Below are positions 13,098-26,282 of a stretch of DNA of 64,000 nt, in pieces. Position numbers and translations under genes: made by a program. Each line of letters begins with the position of its first letter. Positions within the stretch are counted from its first letter, which is position 1. The DNA is from Octopus sinensis (Eukaryota). The stretch is taken from assembly GCF_006345805.1 (NCBI RefSeq), contig NC_043001.1:1240001-1304000 (forward strand). Reading direction: 5' to 3'. The notes below the pieces were generated by a model, which worked only from the letters and a program-made list of their open reading frames with translations, did no database searches and was not told the origin of the DNA.

Positions 13098-13340
13098 GTG
13101 GATGTCAGTTCATTACAGCCATTTAGTTGATTAATGAGAACGTTACAGTATTGCAAAGAAACCATTTTCTTCAGATGAATTCATGATCTTCAAACATAAA
13201 GGACAGTTCAAATGATTCAACATAGTTAAACAAATTCATGGAGTAAAATATTGATATTGATCCTGGTTACCATTCAGTTGAGCATAGACTGTGAGGTGAC
13301 ACATTCTCAGAATGGTGTATGTTTGGTCGGAAAACAAAGA
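11630..13340 (-). mobile_element. Penelope-like element remnant: GIY-YIG endonuclease plus downstream pLTR
   Basis: Minus strand reads IYSEIVCNILQNSTSHYIGSTIIFKQRYSAHLNSFKY..TSLANHIHQL...DVPYQGQHSMCGFCLK (YIG at 12991-12999, CGFCLK about 12798-12815); same-strand hammerhead motif downstream at 11830-11905. Confidence 0.8.
11830..11905 (-). ncRNA. Degenerate hammerhead ribozyme in PLE pLTR
   Basis: gtct-CTGATGA-(stem II with long loop, cccagtg/cacttggg)-GAAA-cagctg-TG-agac; cleavage triplet is GUG (non-NUH). Confidence 0.7.
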
Positions 13341-16171
13341 GAGATTTAGTACTTATGATGAGTTTAATTAGGGTGGGGGGGTGGGGGGGGGGGAGATAAT
13401 GACCCAAGTGACCAGTTATCTTAACCTAAAACTTCTAACTAAAATGAGGAAGATTTTTAATCGAAGTAATTGTATCTTTGAAAATAAAATAAAATAGGGG
13501 TGGTGGCAATCAAATCACAATAGACAAAAAGGGGAACTGTTGCAATTTAGCATAGTTATAATGTTATAGCTTTGAAATAAATTTAGAAATTAGATGTATG
13601 GGAGACAGATAAATTATATTTAAAATTATTAGATGAAAGTGAAGAAAGAATTATTTAAAAATATATAGAGGAGTGTATTACAAAAATTTAAAATTTAGGC
13701 TCATAAGCTAATAAGGAATGTCATGTATTTAAAATACATGACAAGGTATATAAAATATTAACTGTAGATATATATTATTTTTGAAGAAATATACAAAAGA
13801 ATATATAAAAACACTGTAAAGAATATAAAATATATAAAAGTATAAAAACTATAAAAATAAAATATAAAAATATAAGAAAAATATAGAAACATATAACAAA
13901 ACATAAAATTAATATAAAATATATCAAAAATTATTAAGGTATATATATATAGAAAAATTATAACAAGATCTTTAATATAAATAAAGAGATATAAAATAAT
14001 ATAAAAAATATATAAGAAATTATATAGGTGTATATGTATAGAAAAAATTGTAACAAGATCTTTCTTTTAATCTAGAGATAAAAATAGATATACCAGAATT
14101 TAATGGAAATAAAGCTAAAAGCGAAAAAAGGTTTTACAAATATTTGTAAGATTTACAGTAAAAGTACATAAAGATAAAAAAAAAAAATAATAGATCTTAG
14201 ATGGAGGTATTTTGTACTTAGGGGAGGTGCAAAATATCAAAACCTCAAGTAGTAACTATAGAAGCATATTTTTTATTTCTGTGTATGAAAGGAATTCATT
14301 TAGGAAATGGGTAGATGCTTATTGTAATCATAAATAGATGCTTATTGTAATCATAAATAACTCAGTAAATTTCCTGGGTTATAACATTTAAAATTATAAA
14401 TAATTATTTCCTCGTTTAAGTCACAGAATAATCATTTCAACTCGGAGGTTATCTTTGGTCAAATCATGAGAGAGTGCCACAAGTAGGATTCCCTAAAGGA
14501 ATGCAAGGCCCAGTCAATCATAGAAGTATTATTAAAGGTAAACAGGAATGTGAATGCCGATATGTTAAAAAGAATAATTTGAAATTTGCGTTTTGTAAAT
14601 ATTAGAGACAGTATTTTTAATATAAAGTACCTGTCTGAATAGCTAAGAGCAGATTTCTTCCCTCAGCTGGGTTTTATTATCTGCAGACACTGCAAGAATA
14701 TCATGTGACCGGCACTTATGCTCCAAGTCTGATATTCACGAAATATTGTTGAGTCTGCATGTGATTCAGACCTAACAAGGTACTTCAATTTAAGTACCTT
14801 ATTCACTTGAATCTTAATTGTATTGATATATATGTGTATATATATGGACACAAACTGTCTCGATAGCCAGCTGGAAAAGGTGTTTTCCTGGGGCTAAAAC
14901 AACCGTAACATCATCCTTTCTGTCACATTCTGTTGGCATATAAACATTACTATATAAATGTTTATTGTAATCATATGAGACTCCATTATCCAAAAGTGTC
15001 CAGAACATTTTTAAGAAAATACAGTGTGAACTGAAGGGGGTTGGGCTCATTCCTAACAAATCAGACACTAGAGCGTCTCTCCTGGGTCAAACACTAGAAT
15101 TTCAATCGCTGGCAAGCTACGTACCATTTTGTTTAGCTCCATGTTTACACTGAATTATGAGTGATGACTTATGATTATAATAATCAGCCTTGACTATGCA
15201 GTCTTTAGTTTTTTAACTTCAAATTGATCTAAGATTATATTTATTTAACCAGTCTGTCATTTGTTTTTCCATGTCTCTAAGGGAGAATTGGCTGTTGTTT
15301 CGACACCTAATTCAGGGAATCAGTTTGTCTCAGAAATATTCAACTCTTTTCTTACCATTTTCCTGTTAAACTACTCTGCCTTTATTTCAATTTATTTTGA
15401 ATATAATAAAGAATTTAGCAAACTTTGTCATTATTTCTCTGGTGTTTGAACAGAATATCAAATTTTGATGGAAGGTTTTAATTTAGAAATCTTTAAAACA
15501 GGAAGCTTTTATCATCGAACCAAGAACAGTCTCAGATTTTTGACTAATTTCAAACAGGTTAAATATATACACCCCAATTTATCTTGCTGTTGGTAATATG
15601 CTATATAGCACTATAACAGATTTGTTTTTGATATGCTTTAAAATCAGAGAATCTTTAAAATCAGAGAATTTTCATATCAATAAAATGGCCATGCATGGTA
15701 AACATATCTTTCTTGATCCCTTTGCATAGTCAAGTCGGAGAGGGAGGGAGAAAGAAAAGAAAAACACTTCACCTCTTGACTGGGATTTAGAATATGCTAC
15801 TACCTATAGTATACAAATATATGCATATACTATACACATACACTATAATGAGTTCAGACAATGGTGAAATGTGGATCATCAAATAGCACAGAGGTGTTAA
15901 GCTTATACATTGATAAAAGTGTTACACTGATTCAAGATCAGTTCAGAAGTTGAGGTTTATCATTTATAATAAGAAATGTATGTTGCTCAACAAGATGGAA
16001 TATATTGCACAGTGTTTTAGAACTGATATTATTTTACTCACATTAAAATCCATTAAAAGTTGATGGGAATTAGAAACAGCAGGAGTTCAACGTGAGAAAA
16101 CTATTTATAAAAGGTTTTGATGCTGTATTTATGTAATCTAACTTGTATATACAGAGAAATGTGTAAGTGTT

Positions 16172-16608
16172 ACTTGCTTAATGACTGTTCTGTGTTGTCT
16201 AAGATGTGTGAGAAGAATATAAATGCATATTGTGAGAGATTTGTCTTAAAATCATAATGCTATCTAACATGAATTCTTGTCATATCTCAAGTTAATCTCT
16301 TCAGAGGGGTCAAAATTCAGGTTACTTATAAGCACCTTCTAGAATTCTCATCATTTTTTTTTTTAAGTTTGGCAACAATTCATTACAACTTGCTTAATGA
16401 CTGTTCTGTGTTTGTCTAAGATGTGTGAGAAGAATATAAATGCATATTGTGAGAGATTTGTCTTAAAATCATAATGCTATCTAACATGAATTCTTGTCAT
16501 ATCTCAAGTTAATCTCTTCAGAGGGGTCAAAATTCAGGTTACTTATAAGCACCTTCTAGAATTCTCATCATTTTTTTTTTTTAAGTTTGGCAACAATTCA
16601 TTACAACA
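16172..16608 (+). repeat. Near-perfect tandem duplication, period about 216 bp
   Basis: acttgcttaatgactgttctgtg...caacaattcattaca at 16172-16387 and 16388-16606; differences are only in T-run lengths. Confidence 0.92.
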
Positions 16609-17059
16609 GTTGTCGGAGCACTGCATCCTTCAGAACTTCCATGCTTTCTGAGATTCACCAACACTACACCTGATTTTCTCCCCTCCATACACACACAAAC
16701 ATGTATCTGACTCATACATTGTCCGCTTTCCAGACAGTTGTACACACTTTCTGACAAGTTGTGGTGCACCTGAGCACTGAATACAATAATTTCATTAATA
16801 TTATTTAACTCTCACAAAATGACCTTGGCTGGAATAAATGCTGACAAGTTTATCTTCGTGTCCACAAAAACAGTTTAGCAGTTAGAATCGTTGGTTTGAC
16901 AATATTTTACTTGTGCAAACAGAAAATTTTAAACTTGATTTGAGAGACAATGAACTACTGCACGCCTATATAAAATAAATATTCCTACATTTGTCCGAAA
17001 ATAAATCATAAAGTCTTTTAGGTAAAGAACTCTGACACACAGTTTTGGATCTCTCAGAA

Positions 17060-17215
17060 GATCTTATCAAGAGCAAAAACACAAAATCAAAGTAAGAAAG
17101 CAAGAAGCCATACCTATTATACACATTTGGGAAATAGGGAATATCATTTGCTAAGGATCCTTCCTTAAACAGAAGTCAGAACTCATTGCTTTTTGCAGAG
17201 ACAACTGCTACAGTT
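17060..17215 (+). mobile_element. Highly degenerate PLE GIY-YIG C-terminal fragment
   Basis: KILSRAKTQNQSKK... and, after a frameshift, LN..SELIAFCR resemble the PLE W.IL..A..Y...C.LC..EK...LN.RSE....CRH tail. Confidence 0.4.
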
Positions 17216-17324
17216 CAATGAAACATTTTAAATAGAAACACTTTTCAAACCAGTAGAATACCTTGATGGTTTACACAAAGAAAGGATTTCCTTGTATAAT
17301 TATTTATACATGTTTATTTTCATG

Positions 17325-17385
<61 letters not shown>

Positions 17386-17545
17386 TATATATATTTAAAA
17401 ATTTATAAGTATAAATTATTATTTTAAAAATCTTTAAAATTTTCACTTAATTTAAATATTTTAAATTTTGAATTTATTTTATATACTTTTTATTAATTAA
17501 TTTATTTCTATGTATTGGTTTGCCTAATAGTCGTTTTATCTCTAA

Positions 17546-17583
<38 letters not shown>

Positions 17584-17665
17584 TTATACTATAAAATTAG
17601 ATTTAATCCTAAATCTAATTTTTCCCTGTAAGTTTGGATTAACTCCTTCATATTATTATTATTAA

Positions 17666-17698
<33 letters not shown>

Positions 17699-17699
17699 G

Positions 17700-17810
<111 letters not shown>

Positions 17811-18058
17811 TGTGTATATATGTGTGTATACAAACATACATACATTGATTCTTTCTCTATTGGCAAGTAATCTTGAAATAAACTGAATAATGACATACAT
17901 ACATGCATAAATGTATCATATCCCTTTGGTAACATCTTTTAACCACCAAGTGTTGAAGTGCATCCCTTGACTAAGTTTGCATACATGGGGCTGATAACAT
18001 CATAAGACTTGGAAGGCAGCTCTTTGAGCAACATTCCTGGTCTGATAACCTTCAATAC

Positions 18059-19150
18059 ATGCCCAAAGAAGTCCTGCAACTCTACCACAACATATCAGAT
18101 GAAAGGATGAGCTTATATGAGCAGAAGACTACGCATGGATATGTTAGTAGAAAGCTCCGAGATGATAGTAACATCGATCATCAAAGCAATCTATCATGGA
18201 CCAATAGCCAGATTGCTACCTCTCACTTTGAATTGGTTTATGTTTACAATCCAGGAACAGGAAATATCAGCCAAATACCTGATGCACAAAAAGGATAGAG
18301 ATGCAAGAACGGCAATAAAATGCGACAAGGGATGCAGACTTTGTGGAGTTCACACTGAAGATATCAGCCACATCATAAGCAGTTGTCCGAAAATGTCATC
18401 ACAGTATTATCTAATGATGAGACATGATGTTGTAGCTAGGAGACTCTATAATGAAATCCCTCAGAAAGATAACCCTGAGGACAAAGAAATAAGGACCCAC
18501 TGTATGGTAGAAGCTATAGTCACTCATAATGAAAAGGAATACTGGTGGAATCTCCTTGTGAAAACCCCAATAAAATGTAAGCACAACAGACCTGATATAA
18601 AGATTTGGGACAGAGAAGAAAAACTGTGCACAGTTGTGGAAATTAGCTGCCCAGCAGATGTTTACGTAAAGCTGAAGATCAGTGAAAAATAGAACACCTA
18701 CACTGAATTATTGAGAAATCTGCAGTTACTCTATCCAGATTACAAGTTCAGGTTTATACCTGTAATTACTGGGGCCCTGGGATATGTAACACACTGCCTA
18801 AATATCAATCTTGAGAAATTAGGTTTCTCGAAACCAGAAAGGAGAAAGCTAATTCAAAAACTACAGATCCAGTCCATCACTGGAACTGTAAAAATCTGTA
18901 AAACCCACCAGAAGTTTATCATTTAAATATTTATGAACATGTCTAGATATACAACTATATGCATGAGAATGCATACATAAAACAAAACATAGATCTGCAT
19001 GCATGCATGCATGCATACATACATACATACATACATACATACATGCCCTGTTGTTGAAGTTGAAATTCCAATGGAGGAACCTTGGATCTAGGTTTAAAAC
19101 TGGTTCTTTCTCTATTGGAAAGAAATCTTGAGATAAAACTGAACAACGAC
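18059..19150 (+). mobile_element. R4/Dong-like non-LTR retrotransposon 3' portion: CCHC knuckle, RLE and 3'UTR
   Basis: YEQKTTHGY...(frameshift about 18232) FTIQEQEI...CRLCGVHTEDISHIISSC...RHDVVAR...WWNLLVKTPIKCKHNRPDIKIWD...VEISCP (PD..D/ExK type); stop at 18690; C-terminus ends at 18926. Confidence 0.9.
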
Positions 19151-19479
19151 ATACACGCACATGTATATATATATATATATACATACATATGTATGTATGT
19201 ATGCATGCATGCTTGTATGTATGTATGTATGTTTGTATGTATGCATGTATGTATGTATGTATATCAATGTTCTAGTAATTATTTTATATTGTATGCATGA
19301 AAAATTATGATGGAAAAAAAACAGTGTGACAAGAATGAGAAGATAAATAGACATGGAAGTAATGAAAGGATAATCAAGGATAGACAGCTAAATATTGGTT
19401 GTTGATAAGGAGACTGAATAGAAAAGCAGGATGGAATGATGGAAGCAGGGGCAGAGTGATGGAAGAAAGAATAAATGGA

Positions 19480-19527
<48 letters not shown>

Positions 19528-21894
19528 TTGTCAACAATGAGTTAGAAATGACCGAGTGATATGTGAGAGAATATGATGGTTGGTGATAAGGATGAGTGAT
19601 GGTGAAACAGACAGCAAATGATGGATAACAATAAAGATGGGTGAGAGGAAAGGAATGGGAAATATTAACATGTAATAGGTTAGAGAGCAATGGGAGGAAA
19701 GAGAGGGAGAGAAAACGATGGCGAGTAATAAATGTGATATTCAGGAGGACTGAATGTAGACAAAACCAACAATATTTGTTATAACACAAATGACATGATT
19801 GGAGAAGTCATAGAGAGATAAAGTTTGATGGAAAGGGTTGTAAAAATGGTGCCAAGATGCAATGGTCTCCTTTGACACATGAGCTGTGATTAGAGAGAAA
19901 GGAACGAAGAGATGAGGCCAACAGTAGATGGACTCTGACCAGGGACATAATAAGTGAGACAGACCTACACATGGATATTATGAACTCCAACTTCCATCGC
20001 CATTTCTATGTCCCTTTTGTCATGCTTGAATAGCTTGGATAAGTCTTCCCAAGTATAATGTGTTGCAGACTTTTATCATTTCATCCATGAACATTGCTCT
20101 CAAGAATTTCAGCATTTTGAGAGCAGTCTTCACTATTTTGTTCCCTCTGCTCTCTTGTCTGCCTTCCCCTGGTTCCATCAACTTTGAGTCATTGTAACTG
20201 TTTTATACAGCTGAAATGCCCTCAAGGCACCAGTTGCCCATACAAATATTATTTCTTTTGTTTTTGCTGAGTCTTCTTACATCCAGCTTTTCTTTCCCTT
20301 CATTTCTTGCTCTCTTTGCCAATCTTCTGCCTTTGATGCTGATATTTTGCTGCCAGGCAACACCACACTCATTACACAATAATCAATGTGTCCCTTCACA
20401 TAGTTTCAGTATACCAGATTCATTCATAAGACATCAGTTAATCCAGGACTACAGGAGAAGGCACTTAACCAAGGTAGCATGCAGTGGAACAGGATCAGAA
20501 ACCAACTGGCTGTGAAGTAAACTTCTTAGCCACAAAATTATGCCTATGTCTCCCTATCATCATCATCATCATCACTAACATTCTGATCACTACCACCATC
20601 ATCTTCATCATCACATGACAGTTTTGCTATGCATGAGTTGTTTTCCTCCAGCATGGCATCATGCCCCATGGTACTGTCCCATGTCATCTTGGTGATGTTT
20701 AACCCCTTGAGATCAACATCCTTCCTCTCTTTTGACTCAGTCTTCCTCTTCTGCAAGGTTCTTTCTCTTCATTAGTTCAGCACTAATCTACCCATTTCTT
20801 GACTTACACACGCAGTACAACTTTCTCTCTTGAACACAAACGTGTATGTTTGTGTGTGTGCCCATGCATATCTTTACAATTCTCCCACCCCTACTTCGTT
20901 GGTTTGCTTAAGTCCTCATGACTTAGTGGTTCAGTAAAACAAACTAACAAAAAATAATTACTGGGTTTCATTTAATCAAGCAAAGCTTTTCAAGGCAGTG
21001 CTCCAGCATGTTCGCACTTCAATGACTGAACAAATAAAAGCACACACTCACACACACAAACACACATTCACACACACACTCACACTCACAAACACCTTAC
21101 ATAAGGGTTATAATTTATGTATTTCTGTTTCTCATCATTTTTTGCATTTCTTTTCTCTTTCTCAGATACAGTCTCTCCCAATCTCTCTCTCTCTTTTTTC
21201 CTCTTAATCTCTCTCTCTCTCTCTCTCTCTCTCATGTACCACAGTTACTTTTCATGCACCTTCCTCCATATGCAACACAAATCACACAACTGTTACCCTC
21301 TCCACCAACATCACTGCCATCGTCTCAGCCACCATCATACCATTCTAAATGGCATGAGTAAAGTAAATCGCTCAAGCAACAGAAATATATACCATGTCAT
21401 GCAGAATCCAGAATACAATCACTGCAATAAAACAATGCCACAATAAATACCAGAGTTTTTTTGTCTTGTTTGTCTGTTCTGTGCTTTTTTCTTTTCAGTG
21501 AAGGTAGTTTGAGAAGTGGAACCATAGAAGCATATCTAAAACACAAACCAAGATAAATAAAACTGATAAAAATACATGCATATAGACACGTGTGTTTATA
21601 GGGTGGTAAGACAGACAGAGATAAATAGCAACAGACAGACAGACAGACAGACAGGACCAGACAGACAGACAGTACAGATAGATAGATAGATAGACAGATA
21701 GATAGATAGAGAGCAGACAGATAGGCAGACAGTCTGACGATGGCTTAGCTGACTGAAACTTTGAAATCACTGTCAAGACTATTCTTGTTAAATAATGATA
21801 GATTTGTACTCTACCAAATGTATTGAGTAATCTTTCAATTCAATGTAAAATTGTTTTTATTATATCATAAAGACAGACATTTGTAATCATATCA

Positions 21895-21954
<60 letters not shown>

Positions 21955-21979
21955 ATGCATATATATATATATGTGTATA

Positions 21980-22221
21980 CAGTAATCCCTCAACTATCAT
22001 GGGTGTTACATTCCAAACCTCCCATGCCCCATGCTAGGTGAAAATCTGCAAAGTAGAAGCAGTACTGTATATTAATTTCATAATTTGTATATATTTATTT
22101 TATTATAAATGCAAAACAAAGTCACGGAGGAATCGATGCAAGCTTAAATAATAAACTGTGATAGGTGAACCGTGACAGGTGAATTGCGACAGGTGAACCA
22201 CGATACGGCAAGGGATTACTG
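21980..22221. mobile_element. MITE of Tc1/mariner-pogo type
   Basis: TIRs cagtaatccct (21980-21990) and agggattactg (22211-22221), TA on both sides; subterminal aggtgaa repeats. Confidence 0.8.
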
Positions 22222-22506
22222 TATAAATATATATATGTGTGTTTGTGTGTGTGTATATTTATACATATGTACATACATAAATCGTATTTCAACGTGTACA
22301 GGGAACCCATTTTTGTCAAGAATTAGATAAAAAAATATGGAAGTTCTTATAAATGGATAGTATTATAATCCCTTACAAAAGCTTTTTTCCTAATTTTAAG
22401 CCCAAAGAATTAGGGGTTCCTTATCCACATTAAAATACAGTATATATGTATATATATATATATATATATGAGAGAACAAAGTGTACGTACGCCGCTACAT
22501 ATATAT

Positions 22507-22910
22507 ACTCTTTTACTCTTTTACTTGTTTCAGTCATTTGACTGCGGCCATGCTGGAGCACTGCCTTTAGTCGAGCAAATTGACCCCAGGACTTATTCTT
22601 TGTAAGCCCAGTACTTATTCTATCGGTCTCTTTTGCCGAACCGCTAAGTGACGGGGATGTAAACACACCAGCATCGGTTGTCAAGCAATGCTAGGGGGAC
22701 AAACACGCACACAAACACACACACACATACATATATACATATATACGACAGGCTTCTTTCAGTTTCCGTCTAGCAAATCCACTCACAAGGCATTGGTCGG
22801 CCCGGGGCTATAGCAGAAGACACTTGCCCAAGATGCCATGCCCTTGGGACTGAACCCGGAACCATGTGGTTGGTTAGCAAGCTACTTACCACACAGCCAC
22901 TCCTGTGCCT
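22507..22910 (-). mobile_element. tRNA-derived SINE, relatively young full-length copy
   Basis: Minus strand: aggagtggctgtgtggtaag (A box), ggttccgggttcagtccc (B box), gggcaagtgtcttc core, internal microsatellite, (agtaaaag)n-type tail. Confidence 0.85.
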
Positions 22911-22924
22911 ATATATATATAAAA

Positions 22925-23072
22925 AAATACAAAATGGGACAAGAACGCAAAACATCTAGATAAATGATACAAAAAAACGGACGGGTCATTCAGATTAAAG
23001 GCTTCGAATGACCCGTCCGTTTTTTTGTATCGTCTATTTGAATGTTTTGCATTCTTGTCCCATTTTGTATTT
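22925..23072. repeat. Long palindrome / fold-back element (67-bp arms, 14-nt loop) within (TA)n
   Basis: 22925-22991 is the reverse complement of 23006-23072 with about 6 mismatches. Confidence 0.9.
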
Positions 23073-23436
23073 AATATATATATATATATATACTCATCCT
23101 CATTGTCATTTAACATCCATGTTCCATGATGGCATGGGGTGGACGTTTTAACAGGATCAAATGCATCTATGGACTGCATCATACCCCAGTATCTACTTTG
23201 GTGTGGTTTCTGTACCTTGATGCCCCGCCTAATGCCGACCACATGCTCGTATGTAAATGGAAATGTGTATACACATACCTGCTTTTACACAGGTATGCAT
23301 ATAAACACACAAAGAAGGCCACCCTGTTGATGTAGTCTACATTCCAATGAAAGAGTTTCCTTTCTAGGTTAGAAACCAGCTCTTTCTCTATTGGCATGAA
23401 ATTTGCAAAATAAACTCGGGAAAGCACTCACACGAA

Positions 23437-23471
<35 letters not shown>

Positions 23472-23915
23472 ACACACATGTCACAAACAGACTATGTACA
23501 ATATATACATGTAGTCAGAAACCATAAACACCAGGCTTCCAAACCATTTGCTACATATGTACTCTTTGTTGAGTTGCCAAAAAATAACAACGTCAGCATT
23601 AATAAAATAATAATAGAAAAAATAAAAACAACAACAATAATGATTGGAATAATGGATAATAAGGACAAGATAAAAAGGAAAAACAAATAAATAATTATAA
23701 AAGATACTTTCCCTCGTTTTTTTTATTTTTATTGTAGCTTTATGCTTCACATTCCACACTCCATGCACAGCTATCTGTAGCTCTTCTTCTGTCTATCAAT
23801 ATCAACTGTCTGTCACTTTCTCTCTCTATATATATGCAGACATAAATATATACGTATGTATGTATGCATATATGTGCACGTGTATATATGTATATGTATT
23901 ATATATATATAAGAT

Positions 23916-23952
<37 letters not shown>

Positions 23953-24018
23953 GTGTATATATGTATATATATATATACATATATACATATATATATATAT
24001 GTATATATACATATATAC

Positions 24019-24072
<54 letters not shown>

Positions 24073-24632
24073 GTATGTATGAATGTATCCATCTTGTTTT
24101 TCACCTTGCTGTCATCATTGTCGACACACATCATGTAACATTACTGCCAATAACTATTACAGCAAACATCAGTCACCTCCATCAAACCAACAACCATATA
24201 TAATTCATACTTTCGTATATGCATAGATACACATAACCCATGCATACATACACACACACAACACACATGTACACATCTATGTACGTATGTATATATACAC
24301 ACACATGCATATATATATTGGCTGGAGTACAGCATCTTCCTGTTACAGCTGCCATGTGAGCTCGTGGGAATGTGTCTGTTTGCATATAAGACTTAACCAG
24401 GAAGTACTTATGTATGAGCATGTATTTGTATGTGTGTATGTGGATGCATTAATTGTCTTATGTGTCCATGTAGGCATGCCTCTGTGTGTGTGTGTACATA
24501 TGTATATCAAAACACATATACATGCATAGAAAATATATATATATAAATGTATATATATATATATATATGTATATACATACATATACATATGTGTGTATTT
24601 CTCTGGCTACTATGTATGGATGCCTGCGCAAA

Positions 24633-24677
<45 letters not shown>

Positions 24678-24989
24678 GCGTGCATGTGTGTAATTGTGTA
24701 TGTCTATGTAGGTACTACGTACAGATGCCTGTACAAATGTGCGTGTTGATATATATATATATATATATATATATCATTGGTAAATCATAAATCTGATAAA
24801 AAAGCACACTCCAAGTTATAGAGAGCAGTAGAGTATATAGATGAAGATAGATATGGCCAGTCTATTAGGTTACCCTGGGTTTCACACCCATAAAGCACTT
24901 AGCTTTACAGTTTTTCTTCAAACCATAGGTCTATGACCTCTCTAGAAAATGTAGGAGGAAATGACCTTGTTTCTCTATGTCAACAACAG

Positions 24990-25500
24990 AGAATTGACCC
25001 TGTTATCATGTGGATCCCAGGATGCCAACAGGAATTTCTTGAAGTGCAAGCAGGGCCTGAAGACTTCCATCCTGGAGTTAGGGATGTTCCCTAGGTCAAG
25101 GGTGTCCTTTAATATCCTCGTCTATTCAGCTAAACACAATTTACAATGCTTGGTCCCAGTTATGTAGGGGCCTGGATTTTCTAGGATCTTCCATGATATT
25201 ATGTGTGGAGTCTTCCTTCAGCTGCCAAACATGGCTGGCTAAGGACGTAGCATATCTCCTTTTTTGAATCTGTGGTTGTGGAAGTGCTGCTTGGACGAGT
25301 TACCAGAACATCCAATGTATTGCCATGTGTGGGTGTTGGTGATGTTGATGTTGACGTTGCTGCTACAGCTGTTGTTGTTGGTGCTGGTGTCATTAACACT
25401 GGCATGGGGAACATCAGCAGTGGTAGTAGTACTACTGTTGGTGGTGTTATGGCCCTTGTCGTTGGTGTTGTTGGAGCTGTTTTCAGTGCTCTGAATGGAC
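24990..25500 (-). mobile_element. Penelope-like GIY-YIG endonuclease remnant preceded by an Asn/Thr/Ser-rich stretch
   Basis: WQYIGCSGNSSKQHFHNHRF..(fs)ATSLASHVWQLKEDSTHNI(fs)SWKILENPGPYITGTKHCKLCLAE*...NSRMEVFRPCLHFKKFLL; YIG at 25311-25319. Confidence 0.85.
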
Positions 25501-25940
25501 GAAGATGCACTCCTTTTTCACTTTCTTGCACTTTTTTCATTTTCTCTTCCTCTTTCTTTCTTTCTTTCTTTTCTCACCTTTTCCTCTGACCTCTCTCTTC
25601 ATTTTAACATACACATCTCTTTTTCCCCTCTCTATCCACTTTATACTATCACTACATTCTCAAATTTTCATTCACACCACAAGACCTCTTTGAATGAACA
25701 GCACATGGAATCTACGTCTCCACACTTGTCATTTGTGATGACAAAATATGAACTCCTATTGGAATTTATATACCATGGACCAGAAGCATTTCTACCACTT
25801 CTACACACAACTTTCCTTGGATAATGATAGTGCAAGTATAACATCTCCTATTTCCCTATAGACTCCTTATTTGCTTTCTTTTCCAAAATAACTCCTTAAA
25901 CTGAACTTTAATATTTCCCTCTCTTTAACCATCTCACATC

Positions 25941-25988
25941 GTCTCTGATGAAGGGATATCCCAAATATCCCAGAAACAGCTGTAAGAC
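25941..25988 (+). ncRNA. Intact minimal type-I hammerhead ribozyme (PLE pLTR type)
   Basis: Stem I gtct/agac, CUGAUGA, stem II gggatat/atatccc, GAAA, palindromic stem III cagctg, GUA cleavage triplet (cut after 25984). Confidence 0.85.
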
Positions 25989-26214
25989 TGACTTTCTCTT
26001 TATAAATGTCCTGAAAATTCCACCCACCCTTGGCTTTGTTGTCTCATTATATTCAACATGTACATACTCACACACAACCTGCCTTAGACTCCTCACTCAT
26101 ATCATTATCGAATTGTGAGTTTAACTATGCTCCTTCCACTTACATAGCGTTACCTGCCACCTTGGGTCTTCTGGATACCAATACCTCTCATATATATATA
26201 TTTTCACTAATCTG

Positions 26215-26282
<68 letters not shown>

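Noticed and set aside
17910-18058. Inverted RT piece upstream of the R4/Dong-like copy
   Set aside because: Similarity to RT domain 0 is too weak to support by eye
25199-25589. Mucin-like or hydrophobic host ORFs (113, 76 and 105 aa)
   Set aside because: Alternative frames of a low-complexity stretch that belongs to the Penelope endonuclease remnant
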